64,000 nucleotides of DNA, taken from NCBI GenBank assembly GCA_016192455.1, contig JACPUC010000026.1:1-64000 (forward strand). Direction: 5' to 3'. The notes beneath the pieces are model-generated. The model saw only the letters and a list, made by a program, of their open reading frames with translations, ran no database searches and had not been told where the DNA came from. The position numbers were made by a program, and so were the translations under genes. This document shows, piece by piece, positions 51,662 through 64,000 of this stretch (positions are counted from its first letter, which is position 1; each line of letters starts with the position of its first letter). The DNA is from Candidatus Tectimicrobiota bacterium. GTDB lineage: Bacteria > JACPUC01.

Positions 51662-51784
51662 AGAGGATCGAGGCCCCCTCACCAAACGGGCAACTTTGCA
51701 CGCCTGCGCAAAAGGCCTCTCTTCCTGCCCCCACCTCCTCCCACCCCGGCAAGGAGGCAGGGAAAGGGCTTGCGGGGCGCGAGC

Positions 51785-52333
51785 CTAACGCGTAAATGGC
51801 TCGGAGGCTCGCTGGGGATTCGCCTGGAGACCCCCGGGGGAGGGAGGGAGCGGCCGCGCGGCCGCCGGCTTCGGCGGCTCGATCTGGACCAGGTTCGCGT
51901 GCCGCATCCACGCGTCACGAAAGGCGGAGGGGTCGTCCAGGTAGCGGTTGAGCCGCGGCAGCATGGTCTCGAGGCTTACAGCATGGACGCGGCAGAACTC
52001 CTCGATCGTCTGCGAGGGATTGAGCGTCGCCGCGATGGCGCCGTCCGGCAGGCAGCTCAGGAGGAGATCCCGCACCCCAGGTTCCATCTCCATCGCCTCC
52101 ACCAGCGTAGTCTCGCGGCGGCACTGCAGCTCGCCGAAACGCCGCCTGAGATCGCGTCCCACCTGTTGGACGCGCCGCTCCAAGCGCGTGAGGCTCTCCT
52201 GCTGGCGCATCAGGGTGGGGGACAACGAGCGGTGCAGCTCATCCACGCGGCGCGCCTGCGCACGACCGCGGACGAAGGCGAGCAGCGCCACGCACAGCCC
52301 GACCAGGCTCAGGATGAAGGTGATCGTCAGCAT
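51785..52333 (-). CDS. membrane-anchored protein with a DUF1858-like C-terminal domain
   Basis: N-terminal TM helix, coiled coil, then TTLVEAMEMEP...TIEEFCRVHAVSLETMLPRLN; GGAGG RBS. Confidence 0.7.
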   Translation of the reverse strand: MLTITFILSLVGLCVALLAFVRGRAQARRVDELHRSLSPTLMRQQESLTRLERRVQQVGRDLRRRFGELQCRRETTLVEAMEMEPGVRDLLLSCLPDGAIAATLNPSQTIEEFCRVHAVSLETMLPRLNRYLDDPSAFRDAWMRHANLVQIEPPKPAAARPLPPSPGGLQANPQRASEPFTR

Positions 52334-52547
52334 CGTTCCTCCGTCTCAGCCGCCCCCCGCGAGTGCTCCCGGCAAGCCCTTCCAAGGGTGCCTGGCCTGG
52401 TCTCGGAGAGGGCGGGAATTCCACTTCCCCCGCGGCGCAACCCGCCGGCGCCCCGCCGCGCCCGCGGTCCTGGGCCGCCCAGCGCCACAGCCCGTGCAAC
52501 CACCGGCGCCGCCCTCTTCCGCTCGCCGCAGCGCGCCGCCTCGCCGC

Positions 52548-53585
52548 CTACGCGGTCACCAGCCGCGGCAGCGAGGCTGCGATGCCGCGCACCGTGTAGA
52601 GCGATTCAATCTCGCCCCTGCAGTTGTACCAACAGGCCGTGCAGGTGTTCCCCCGCTGCTTCTCGGCCAGCGCCGCGAAGAGATCCCGGGCGCTATGGGT
52701 ATGGATGTTGCCCACCGGATCATTGAGGTTCTCGACGCAGATGGAGACGTTCCCATAGTGATCGATATTGAAGAATGACTTGCCGGCACGACAGTTCCGC
52801 ACTCCCTGCCGCAGGGCGAGATCAAACTTTTCGAGGAAGATCGGGTTGGAGAGGAAGTTGGGGTAGCGGCGCTTCAGGCCAAGCAGGTAGGAGCTCACCT
52901 CGCCGCGATGGAGGAAGCGCGCCTCGCCGGTCTTCATCATGCCGTACGGCTGGATCATGAAGCCGGCCTGGTGCGCTGCGGCCAGCTTGATGAGGTCCTC
53001 AACCTCGCTGATATTCTGATCGTTGAGGACGGTGATGAGATTCACCTGCTGGTGCGCTGCGCAGCGCGCCTCCGAGAAACTGCGCAAGGCGCGGACGGCG
53101 CGCTCGAAGGCCCCCTGTTTGCCGCGGTAGGCGTCATGCTTCTCCGGGGTGGCGAAGTCGATCGACACGCTCGCCCCCCACAGTCCCGCCTCGTAGAGCC
53201 GCCGCGCCCGCTCCGGCGTGACCAGCCAGCCGTTTGTCGTCAGCAGCGGAAAATGGTAGGCGCTCAGCGCCTCGACAATCGCCTCGAGGTCCTGGCGGAT
53301 GAACGGCTCCCCGCCGGCCAGGGAGATCATGAACGAGCCAAGCTTGGCGAGCTTTTGCCCGGCTGAGCGGAAGCCTGCGGGAGAAGTCTCTTTCGAGCGA
53401 TCGACGGGAAAGCTCCAGTAATCGCAAAAGACGCATTCGAAGTTGCAGAGGTAGGTCACCTGCCAGGATATCCAGACCGGGCGGCCTTGCGCATAAGCCC
53501 GTAGGAGGGCGGCCTTCTTCTTCCACGTCGAGCGCTGCTCCTTTTTCAGCTTGCGCTCCTCCGCCTGCCGGGGCAGCAGCCTCAT
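52548..53585 (-). CDS. radical SAM enzyme with SPASM/Twitch-type C-terminus
   Basis: CNFECVFC, GGEP, TTNG, SID, CRAG...C and CTACWYNC motifs; GAGGAGG RBS. Confidence 0.92.
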   Translation of the reverse strand: MRLLPRQAEERKLKKEQRSTWKKKAALLRAYAQGRPVWISWQVTYLCNFECVFCDYWSFPVDRSKETSPAGFRSAGQKLAKLGSFMISLAGGEPFIRQDLEAIVEALSAYHFPLLTTNGWLVTPERARRLYEAGLWGASVSIDFATPEKHDAYRGKQGAFERAVRALRSFSEARCAAHQQVNLITVLNDQNISEVEDLIKLAAAHQAGFMIQPYGMMKTGEARFLHRGEVSSYLLGLKRRYPNFLSNPIFLEKFDLALRQGVRNCRAGKSFFNIDHYGNVSICVENLNDPVGNIHTHSARDLFAALAEKQRGNTCTACWYNCRGEIESLYTVRGIAASLPRLVTA

Positions 53586-53986
53586 CCCTGCCTCCTCTCT
53601 ATTGATTCCCCCGCGCCCTGGATGCCCCAGCGCCGTGGAGAGGGATAGTCGCCTGCCAAGGAGAGACTGCCTCGCCTTGGGAACTCCGCAGCTCATCCCG
53701 CCCTGCTCCCGAGTGCAGAGCAAGAGGACTTGTTCCAAGACATATTGTTCCAAGTTTGCGTCCGGAGCGCAAGTCCCCACCTGCACGGAGCGAAACCGGG
53801 AGCGCCTCCAGAGCCTGCGCGCCGCCAGGAGCTGCCGTAGAAACAGAAAGGGCGAGCCCGTCCCTGAACCGACGGCCCGCCCTCGCAGCGAAGTCCTCGC
53901 TGCAATAACCAATGAATATTCCCTGGGCAGAGGGAAGGCTGGAGAGGCTCCCCTTCCAGTTCGCCTCTCGCCGCTGCCGCAACTCC

Positions 53987-54187
53987 TTACGCGATGATCG
54001 ACATCTGGGCTGCCCGTGGCCCCTTGTCGCCCTGCTCCACCTGGAACTCCAGTTCGTCGCCCTCCTCGAGGGAGTCGAAGGATCCCGGCGGCAAGGCCGA
54101 CGAGTGGAAAAAGATCTCTCGACCGTCTTCCGCCCTGACAAAACCAAAGCCGCGATTCCGAACGAGCTTCTTCACGACACCTTTCAC
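53987..54187 (-). CDS. cold-shock domain protein
   Basis: RGFGFV (RNP1), IFFHSSAL (RNP2) and KGPRA; GTG start after AAGGAG. Confidence 0.95.
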   Translation of the reverse strand: MKGVVKKLVRNRGFGFVRAEDGREIFFHSSALPPGSFDSLEEGDELEFQVEQGDKGPRAAQMSIIA

Positions 54188-54296
54188 GCACTCTCTCCTT
54201 ACCGAGGACAAAAAAACCGCCGGGCCACTGGTTGTAAGCCTCTGCGGTCCACCACGCAGACCTTCCCTTCGGTAGGCTGCATTCTGTCTTCTGTTG

Positions 54297-54325
54297 AGTA
54301 TGGTCCGCCACGGGACGTTTGTCAA
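54297..54325 (-). promoter_or_regulatory. putative sigma70 promoter of the cold-shock gene
   Basis: TTGACA-17 bp-CATACT, giving a 5' UTR of about 100 nt. Confidence 0.6.
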
Positions 54326-54479
54326 GTAAAAGGAATGCCAGCCTGAGATAAGGACGAGAGAATCCGCACCACCTCTCGGCTCGAAGGCCGGCACTCATCC
54401 TCGGGAGTCCACCGTCCAGGAGCTGGTTGCATTATTATGATACATAGGGGCGGAAACTCGTGCTCTCTATGCTCCAATG

Positions 54480-54517
54480 TGAGACAAATACTCTCTGCCG
54501 CCCTAAAGTTTGTCTCA
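54480..54517. promoter_or_regulatory. inverted repeat, possible operator
   Basis: TGAGACAAA-N20-TTTGTCTCA in the AT-rich divergent intergenic region. Confidence 0.45.
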
Positions 54518-54820
54518 TTTCGGTACAGAGAAGCTCGCCCCCTGCCTCGCTTCGCACTTTAAGGCATGCCACGAAAGCTCTCCAGAAGACCTCCGGGGAT
54601 TCCCGAAAAGCCGTTGAACTTCAATACATTACGTGATCCCCTCCGGCTCATCCCCAAGGCATTTGCAGAGGCGTGCCGGCGCTCCACGTCGCTGTGCCGC
54701 TGGCATGCTGTTTGCTCAGAAACAGGAGCGCATGTCCCGTCGGCGAGCGATAGTATCGTGCCTCTTGTCAATCCCGAAGACACCGAGTCAACCTCGGCTT
54801 GCAGATTAGAAGGTGCCCGC

Positions 54821-56704
54821 ATGGGAGATCACCCCTCCATCCAGCCAGCCGCCGGCGCCGTGGAGGCCGCGACATTGCCGCGCGGCCAACTTCCTGCCTG
54901 CCGCGATCTGTCTGTGGCCGCACAGGCAGGCGGTGGCGCAGGCAGGTTGCTGGAGGATTCAGAAAGTAGGTACGCAATCCCTCCGGGCCTCGACACCGGC
55001 CTGGTCTCCGAAGCCGCCATCCGCGGCAGGCTCGAGGGTGAGCGCCGGCGCCTGGAGGAGGAGGCCGGCTTGAAGCAGCGCTTCACGGCGCACTTCAAGC
55101 GGCCCGACGAGGCCCCCTTCACCAAGGCCGAGCGGGAGCAGGTGACGCTCCTCTTCGGCGGCCTGACCATCAAGCACGAGTTCCTCATCCACGGGGCCTT
55201 GCACGGGCTGGGGTATCGCAACCAGATTCTGCCCACGCCGACCGTGGCCTCCTTCCAGCTCGGCAAGGAGTACGGCAACAACGGGCAATGCAACCCAACC
55301 TACTTCACGGTCGGGAACCTCGTCAAGCACCTGCAGCACCTGCGGGACGTCGAAAAGGTCCCCGCCGAGGAGATCAAGCGGAACTACGTCTACCTGACGG
55401 CCGGCGCCTGCGGTCCGTGCCGCTTCGGCATGTACGAGGCGGAATACCGCCTGGCGCTGCGCAACGCCGGCTTCGATGGCTTCCGCGTCATCCTCTTCCA
55501 GCAGTCCGGCGGGCTGAACCAAGTCGAGGCCGAGGCCGGCCTCGAAATGAACATGAACTTCTTCACGGGCCTGCTCAGCGCCTTCAACCTCGGCGACCTC
55601 GTCAATGAGATCTGCAACCAGATTCGTCCCTACGAGGTTGAAGATGGGGCGACGCAGGCGGCCCTTGATTGGTCCCTCCACTACCTGCACGACGTGCTGC
55701 GCCGCAAGCGCTGCTACGAACTGGGCACGCGGCTGCGCCGTTTGCTGGAAGGCGCGCCGAAGCTGGCGGAGATTGTCGAAGGAATCGGCAAGCTCATGGC
55801 GCAGCTTCGCGCCACCGACCTCACCGACGCCCTGCGCGTGGTGGGCGAGCGCTTCAATGAGATCGAGATTGACCGTCTGCGCGTCAAGCCGCTCACCAAG
55901 ATTACCGGCGAGTTCTGGGCCCAGACCACCGAAGGCGACGGCAACTTCAACATGTTCCGCTTCCTCGAGCGCGAGGGCTCAGAAGTGCTGGTGGAGCCGG
56001 TGGCGACGTGGATCACCTACATGCTGCACCAGGCCCGCCAGAGCCTTGACGACCGCCGCGGTCTGGACGATGCCGCGCAGCTCAGGCAGCGCCCGGGGTT
56101 GCGCCCACGCCTGCGCGGCGCCTGGGAGTACCGCCGCGACGCGGCGCTGCTGAGCCTCGCCGGCCGCCTCTTCCAGCGCGAGTATGACCGCTTGCGCCGC
56201 GCCCTCGGCGGCACCGGTCACGAACTCGTCTGCCAGCGCCAGATGCAGCGCCTTGGCCACCCTTTTTACAACTCTCGCGCCAGCGGCGGCGAAGGGCACC
56301 TCGAGGTCGCCAAAAACATCTACTACAGCAACAAGGACCTCGCCCACTTCGTGCTCTCGCTGAAGCCCTTCGGCTGCATGCCGAGCACGCAGAGCGACGG
56401 CGCCCAGTCGGCGGTCGTGTCGCTGTACAAGGACATGCTCTTCCTCCCTATCGAGACTTCCGGCGAAGGGGAGATCAACGCCCAAAGCCGCGTGCAAATG
56501 GCCCTGGGCGAGGCGAAGGCGAAGGCGAAGGCCGAGTTCGCCCGGGTCCGCGAGGAGATTCCGTTCACCCTCGACGAGGTGCGCGCCTACGTGAACCGCC
56601 ATGACGAGCTGCGCCGGCCGCTCTCCAGGGTGCCGCGCCACCCCGGCGTCATCGGCACGGCGGCGAACTTCCTCAAGCATGTCGCTGAGCGCATGGCGGC
56701 GTAG
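54821..56704 (+). CDS. PlsR-like / 2-hydroxyacyl-CoA dehydratase-related Fe-S subunit
   Basis: GQCNPTYFTVGNL, GACGPCRFGMY, TGEFWAQ, GGEGHLE and KPFGCMPS motifs. Start estimated. Confidence 0.82.
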   Translation: MGDHPSIQPAAGAVEAATLPRGQLPACRDLSVAAQAGGGAGRLLEDSESRYAIPPGLDTGLVSEAAIRGRLEGERRRLEEEAGLKQRFTAHFKRPDEAPFTKAEREQVTLLFGGLTIKHEFLIHGALHGLGYRNQILPTPTVASFQLGKEYGNNGQCNPTYFTVGNLVKHLQHLRDVEKVPAEEIKRNYVYLTAGACGPCRFGMYEAEYRLALRNAGFDGFRVILFQQSGGLNQVEAEAGLEMNMNFFTGLLSAFNLGDLVNEICNQIRPYEVEDGATQAALDWSLHYLHDVLRRKRCYELGTRLRRLLEGAPKLAEIVEGIGKLMAQLRATDLTDALRVVGERFNEIEIDRLRVKPLTKITGEFWAQTTEGDGNFNMFRFLEREGSEVLVEPVATWITYMLHQARQSLDDRRGLDDAAQLRQRPGLRPRLRGAWEYRRDAALLSLAGRLFQREYDRLRRALGGTGHELVCQRQMQRLGHPFYNSRASGGEGHLEVAKNIYYSNKDLAHFVLSLKPFGCMPSTQSDGAQSAVVSLYKDMLFLPIETSGEGEINAQSRVQMALGEAKAKAKAEFARVREEIPFTLDEVRAYVNRHDELRRPLSRVPRHPGVIGTAANFLKHVAERMAA

Positions 56705-56872
56705 CACCCGACGCAGCCCGCCGACCGGCGCCGAGACCTGTTCGCGAGACATCCCTGGCGTCGCCGCCCTTCGAGCCGGGTCTGTGGAGGCGGGGCTTGC
56801 CCCGCCCGCGCGTCGCGTTCGCAAGACATCCCCGGGCGCGCCCTTCGAGCTGGGGATCGCAAGGTTGTCCAC

Positions 56873-60574
<3,702 letters not shown>

Positions 60575-60607
60575 ACCCGACGCCGCATCCTCGCCCGGGA
60601 AGCCAGC

Positions 60608-60892
60608 ATGTTCCTGCGAGCCGACAAGGTGATGTTTGAGATTTACCGCGAGGCAAGCTACGCCGCCCGCTACCACGTCGTCTACTACACCGATCTCGAC
60701 GAGCAGCAGCGCGACCGCGAGGTCAACCGGGCCCTCGCCGGCGATCATTTCACCAGCGGCTTCATCAGCAACCACCGCAAGGAGGAGGCAAAACAGATCA
60801 TCGCCGCCTTCGTGGCGCGGCTGAACGAAGCCGAGCCTCTCCAAACGGCGCAGCTCGCTGAAGCCCTGGCGGGGTTTCTCGCCCCCGTGTAG
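60608..60892 (+). CDS. small hypothetical protein
   Basis: 94 aa directly downstream of the activase gene; FEIYRE..YHVVYYTDL. Confidence 0.7.
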   Translation: MFLRADKVMFEIYREASYAARYHVVYYTDLDEQQRDREVNRALAGDHFTSGFISNHRKEEAKQIIAAFVARLNEAEPLQTAQLAEALAGFLAPV

Positions 60893-60958
60893 CCTCTTGT
60901 TCCCAACACAGCCCCTCGGCATCCTGCGTAAACAGCAAAGCCCGAGAACGTTTGTCCT

Positions 60959-61052
60959 GGGGGATCATTGATCCCCCACACCCCCTCCTTACGCGAGTGC
61001 GCATGGCGCACTCGCGGGGACGGGGTGCGCGAGGGGGCATTGCTCCCTCGCA
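60959..61052. repeat. structured intergenic repeat, copy 2
   Basis: Homologous to 29545-29636, same orientation, between convergent genes. Confidence 0.85.
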
Positions 61053-61101
61053 TCCTTCCCTTTCAAACGCCAAGACAATCCGTTGAGCGCTCGGCGCGGC
61101 G

Positions 61102-61893
61102 TTACCGCCTCGTCAGGCGGGTCATGCCGAGGTGCCAGTGGATGAGGCGGTTGGAGGCGAGTCGGAAGAGGAAGTTGAAGAGGTAGCCGATGCCGCCCAG
61201 GATGATGATGCCGGCGAACATATCGAGGACGCGCATCTTGCGTTGCGCGTTGAGGATGAAGAAGCCGATGCCGTTCATGCCGCCGATCATCTCGGAGATG
61301 ACCATGAGGATGAGCGAGGTGGCCACGCTGATGCGCAGCCCGGTGACGATGACCGGCAGCGCCGCGGGCAGGATCACGTAGCGCAGGAGCTGCATCGGCG
61401 AGGCGCCGAGGGTGCGCGCCGTGTGCACGAGGACGGCGTCGATGCCGCGCACGCCGTCGATGGTGTTGAGGAGGATCGGCCAGACGCAGGCGAGGAAGAT
61501 GATGAAGACCTTCATCTGCCAGCCCAGCCCCAGGAAGAGGATGATCACCGGGATGAGGGCTACGATCGGCATGGGGCGCAGCATCTCCATGAACGGCTCG
61601 ACGACCTCGTAGACGACGCGGTAGTAGCCCATGACGATGCCCAGGCTGATGGCGAAGAGTGCCGCGATGAGGTAGGCCGAGAGGCTGCGCGCCAAGCTGA
61701 TCGCCACCTGCGCCAGGATGTCGCCGGCCGTCAGCAGCTTGCCAAGGTACGTCAGGATCAAGCTGACGCGCGGGAAGAGGAGGGTGTTGACCATCTCGGC
61801 GCGCGCCAGGACCTCCCACAGGGCGAGGAGCCCCAGCAAGAAGAGGTAGCCCCACAGCCGCGACTCCGCTTGCAGTCGCCCCGGCCCCCTCAT
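61102..61893 (-). CDS. ABC transporter permease (NitT/TauT/SsuC family)
   Basis: LRPMPIVALIP, NTIDGVR...ARTLGAS and SEMIG motifs. Confidence 0.93.
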   Translation of the reverse strand: MRGPGRLQAESRLWGYLFLLGLLALWEVLARAEMVNTLLFPRVSLILTYLGKLLTAGDILAQVAISLARSLSAYLIAALFAISLGIVMGYYRVVYEVVEPFMEMLRPMPIVALIPVIILFLGLGWQMKVFIIFLACVWPILLNTIDGVRGIDAVLVHTARTLGASPMQLLRYVILPAALPVIVTGLRISVATSLILMVISEMIGGMNGIGFFILNAQRKMRVLDMFAGIIILGGIGYLFNFLFRLASNRLIHWHLGMTRLTRR

Positions 61894-62666
61894 CGCGCCT
61901 CCCGCTTCTTCGAGCCGTAGTACCACGCCATCGCCCGGCCTTCCAGGGAGACGAACGTCTTATTGAGCAGGTAGCCGAGCAGCGCCAGCACCAGCACCGC
62001 GCCGAACATCTCGGCCACCTCGAAGTTGCGCGCCGTCTCCAAGATGTAGAAACCGATGCCATCCACCGCCGCGATCATCTCCGAGGTGACGACCAGGATG
62101 AGCGCGATTCCCAGGCTGATGCGCAGGCCCGTCACCATCTGCGGCGAGGCCGCGCGCAGGATGACCTTCAGGAGGAGTTGCCGCTCGCTGGCGCCGAAAG
62201 TGTGCGCCGTGTGGATGAGGACCGGCTCGGCGCCGCGCACGCCGTCGATGGTGTTGAGGAGGATCGGCCAGGTGCAGGCGTAGACGGTGATGGCGATGCG
62301 CATGCTCTCGTCAATGCCAAAGATGAGGATGGCAATGGGGATCATCGCCGGCGTGGGGAGGGGGCGGAGCAGCTCGATCGGCGGCTCGAAGAGGTGGAAG
62401 AGCCAGCGCCAGCGACCCAGCAGAACCCCGCCGGTCAAGCCGATGAAGGCCGCCAGGGCGTAGGCTTTCAGGAACGTTGCAAGGCTCGACCCGAGGTGGC
62501 GCGGGAGCTCGCCCTGGGCGATGCTCTGCACCGCGGTAGGGAAGATGAGCGACAGGGGCGGGAAGAATTCCGTCAGCTCCGGGTTTCCGCGCGCTCCCAG
62601 CTCCCAGGCAGCGACGCAGAGGGCGAAGAGGAGCGTTCGGAGCAGGTAGACCCACAGCTTCCTCAT
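61890..62666 (-). CDS. ABC transporter permease (NitT/TauT/SsuC family)
   Basis: LRPLPTPAMIP, NTIDGVR and TSEMIA motifs; ATGA overlap with the next permease. Confidence 0.93.
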   Translation of the reverse strand: MRKLWVYLLRTLLFALCVAAWELGARGNPELTEFFPPLSLIFPTAVQSIAQGELPRHLGSSLATFLKAYALAAFIGLTGGVLLGRWRWLFHLFEPPIELLRPLPTPAMIPIAILIFGIDESMRIAITVYACTWPILLNTIDGVRGAEPVLIHTAHTFGASERQLLLKVILRAASPQMVTGLRISLGIALILVVTSEMIAAVDGIGFYILETARNFEVAEMFGAVLVLALLGYLLNKTFVSLEGRAMAWYYGSKKREAR

Positions 62667-62724
62667 CCCTGCTGCTCCGGCATCTCGCCCATCCCTCCCG
62701 CCCGCACCGCGAACCTTCCGCTCC

Positions 62725-63519
62725 CTACGCCGGGCTCTGCTCGGAGAAGGTGCGCATCATCTCGTAGATGCGCGTGCGATGCTCGACGAACTCCGGATGA
62801 CTGCGGGTGCGCACCTGGTCGCGCGGGCGGCGCAGCCCGACGGCGCGCTCCTCGACAATCTCGCTCGGCCGCCGACCGCTTACCAGAACACGGTCCGAGA
62901 GGTAGATCGCTTCATCGATGTCGTGCGTCACGAAGAGGATCGTGATGGCGAACTCCTGCCACAGCATGAGCAGGGAGTCTTCCAGCTCGAAGCGCATCTG
63001 CGCATCCACGGAGCCGAACGGCTCGTCCATGAGGAGAATTTCAGGCTTGCAGGCCAGCGCCCGGGCGATGGCAACGCGCTGCTGCATGCCGCCGGAGAGT
63101 TCCCAGGGGTAACGCCCGGCGAAGTCGCTCAAGCCGACGACCTTCAGGAGACGCTCGAGGTGGTGGCGATTGCCCTCTGGAAATGTCAGCTTCTTGATCT
63201 CCAGCCCGAAGGAGATGTTCTGCAGCACCGTGCGCCACGGCATCAGTGACTTGTTGTACTCCTGGAAGACCAGGATGAGGTTATCCGGTGGCCCCGCCAC
63301 CGCTTGGCCGTCCAGCAGCACCACACCTTGCGAGGGGCGCAGCAGCCCGGCGAGGCACATGAGCATCGTCGTCTTGCCGCAGCCGCTCGGTCCGACGAGG
63401 GAGATGAACTCACCCTGATTGACCGAGAAGCTGAGATCACGGATGGCGAGCACATCGCCCCGCTTCGCATCACGGTAGGTGTGCCGCAGGTTCCTGACCT
63501 CGAGCAACGGCATCCGCAT
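62725..63519 (-). CDS. ABC transporter ATP-binding protein (NitT/TauT family)
   Basis: GPSGCGKT, LSGGMQQR, LLMDEPF and VTHDIDEA motifs. Confidence 0.95.
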   Translation of the reverse strand: MRMPLLEVRNLRHTYRDAKRGDVLAIRDLSFSVNQGEFISLVGPSGCGKTTMLMCLAGLLRPSQGVVLLDGQAVAGPPDNLILVFQEYNKSLMPWRTVLQNISFGLEIKKLTFPEGNRHHLERLLKVVGLSDFAGRYPWELSGGMQQRVAIARALACKPEILLMDEPFGSVDAQMRFELEDSLLMLWQEFAITILFVTHDIDEAIYLSDRVLVSGRRPSEIVEERAVGLRRPRDQVRTRSHPEFVEHRTRIYEMMRTFSEQSPA

Positions 63520-63638
63520 CTCCTGGCCGAGGGCCGCTTCCGAGAGGGTGGGGGAGGGCAAGGACCCCCCACAACAACCCCCCAGCCAATTTCATCTCCG
63601 CCGCATCGAACTACTCTCATGGCGAGGCCGGCGACAGG

Positions 63639-64000
63639 TCACCAGGGCGCGCCGCTGACGGGGTTCTCCAAGGTGCCGATCTTCTCCACCACCACCTGCA
63701 CCACATCGCCGGGTTTCAGGAAGATCGGCGGATTGCGCATGCCGCCGACCCCCTCAGGCGTGCCGGTGGAGATGACGTCACCCGGCTCCAGGGTGAACCG
63801 CTCGCTGATGAAGGAGACGATTCGGTCAATGGGAAAGATCATCTGACGGGTGTTGGAGTCCTGTATCGCCATGCCGTTGAGGAAGCCCTGAATCCTGAGG
63901 TTCTGCGGCTCCCCGACCTCATCCTTCGTCACCAGCCACGGGCCCAGCGGGGCGAAGGTGTCGAGCGACTTGTTGAGGAGCCACTGACCCCGCTCGCGGT
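63639..64000 (-). CDS. fumarylacetoacetate hydrolase family protein (3' part; start lies outside the window)
   Basis: KSLDTFAPLGP, LEPGDVISTGTPEGVG and LKPGD motifs. Confidence 0.92.
   Translation of the reverse strand, partial: RERGQWLLNKSLDTFAPLGPWLVTKDEVGEPQNLRIQGFLNGMAIQDSNTRQMIFPIDRIVSFISERFTLEPGDVISTGTPEGVGGMRNPPIFLKPGDVVQVVVEKIGTLENPVSGAPW

Noticed and set aside
53586-54398. N-terminal 270 aa of the 616-aa radical SAM ORF
   Set aside because: Overlaps the cold-shock gene and its promoter; a strong RBS supports the start at 53585.

Overview
High-GC bacterial chromosomal window. The 16S sequence and gene order suggest a deltaproteobacterial-like or Tectomicrobia/Nitrospinota-like lineage; this is an impression, not a database result. 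Core content: the 5' part of a 16S rRNA gene with its promoter and boxA (minus strand), fur, ridA-family, cutA, aconitase and a phosphohexomutase. A conserved minus-strand block runs rpsU-yqeY-mutS2-dnaG-rpoD-tRNA-Ile(CAT)-Zn-ribbon protein-rnhA-rnpB. Accessory content: a lone lower-GC DUF4062-like gene; three MFS transporters followed by a D-x-x-G-x-D-x-Y repeat protein and an FGE-like protein; an Mre11/Rad50-like pair; a thiolase/DUF35 pair; two FAH-family genes; and a NitT/TauT ABC transporter. Most notable: (1) a GrdB-like selenoprotein split by an in-frame UGA with a SECIS-like hairpin and a variant UxxSxxC motif, paired with a GrdE-like protein lacking the usual cleavage-site cysteine, downstream of an amidohydrolase and divergent from a ferredoxin / LarA-like / di-heme cytochrome operon; (2) a PlsR/PlsA(Ger)-like ether-lipid/plasmalogen-type gene pair with a divergent cold-shock and radical-SAM block; (3) a perfect parS palindrome inside a 36-nt spacer between two 32-nt direct repeats; (4) a two-copy, three-hairpin intergenic element with compensatory stem changes. 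Start codons were chosen by eye. All product calls come from motif recognition without searches.
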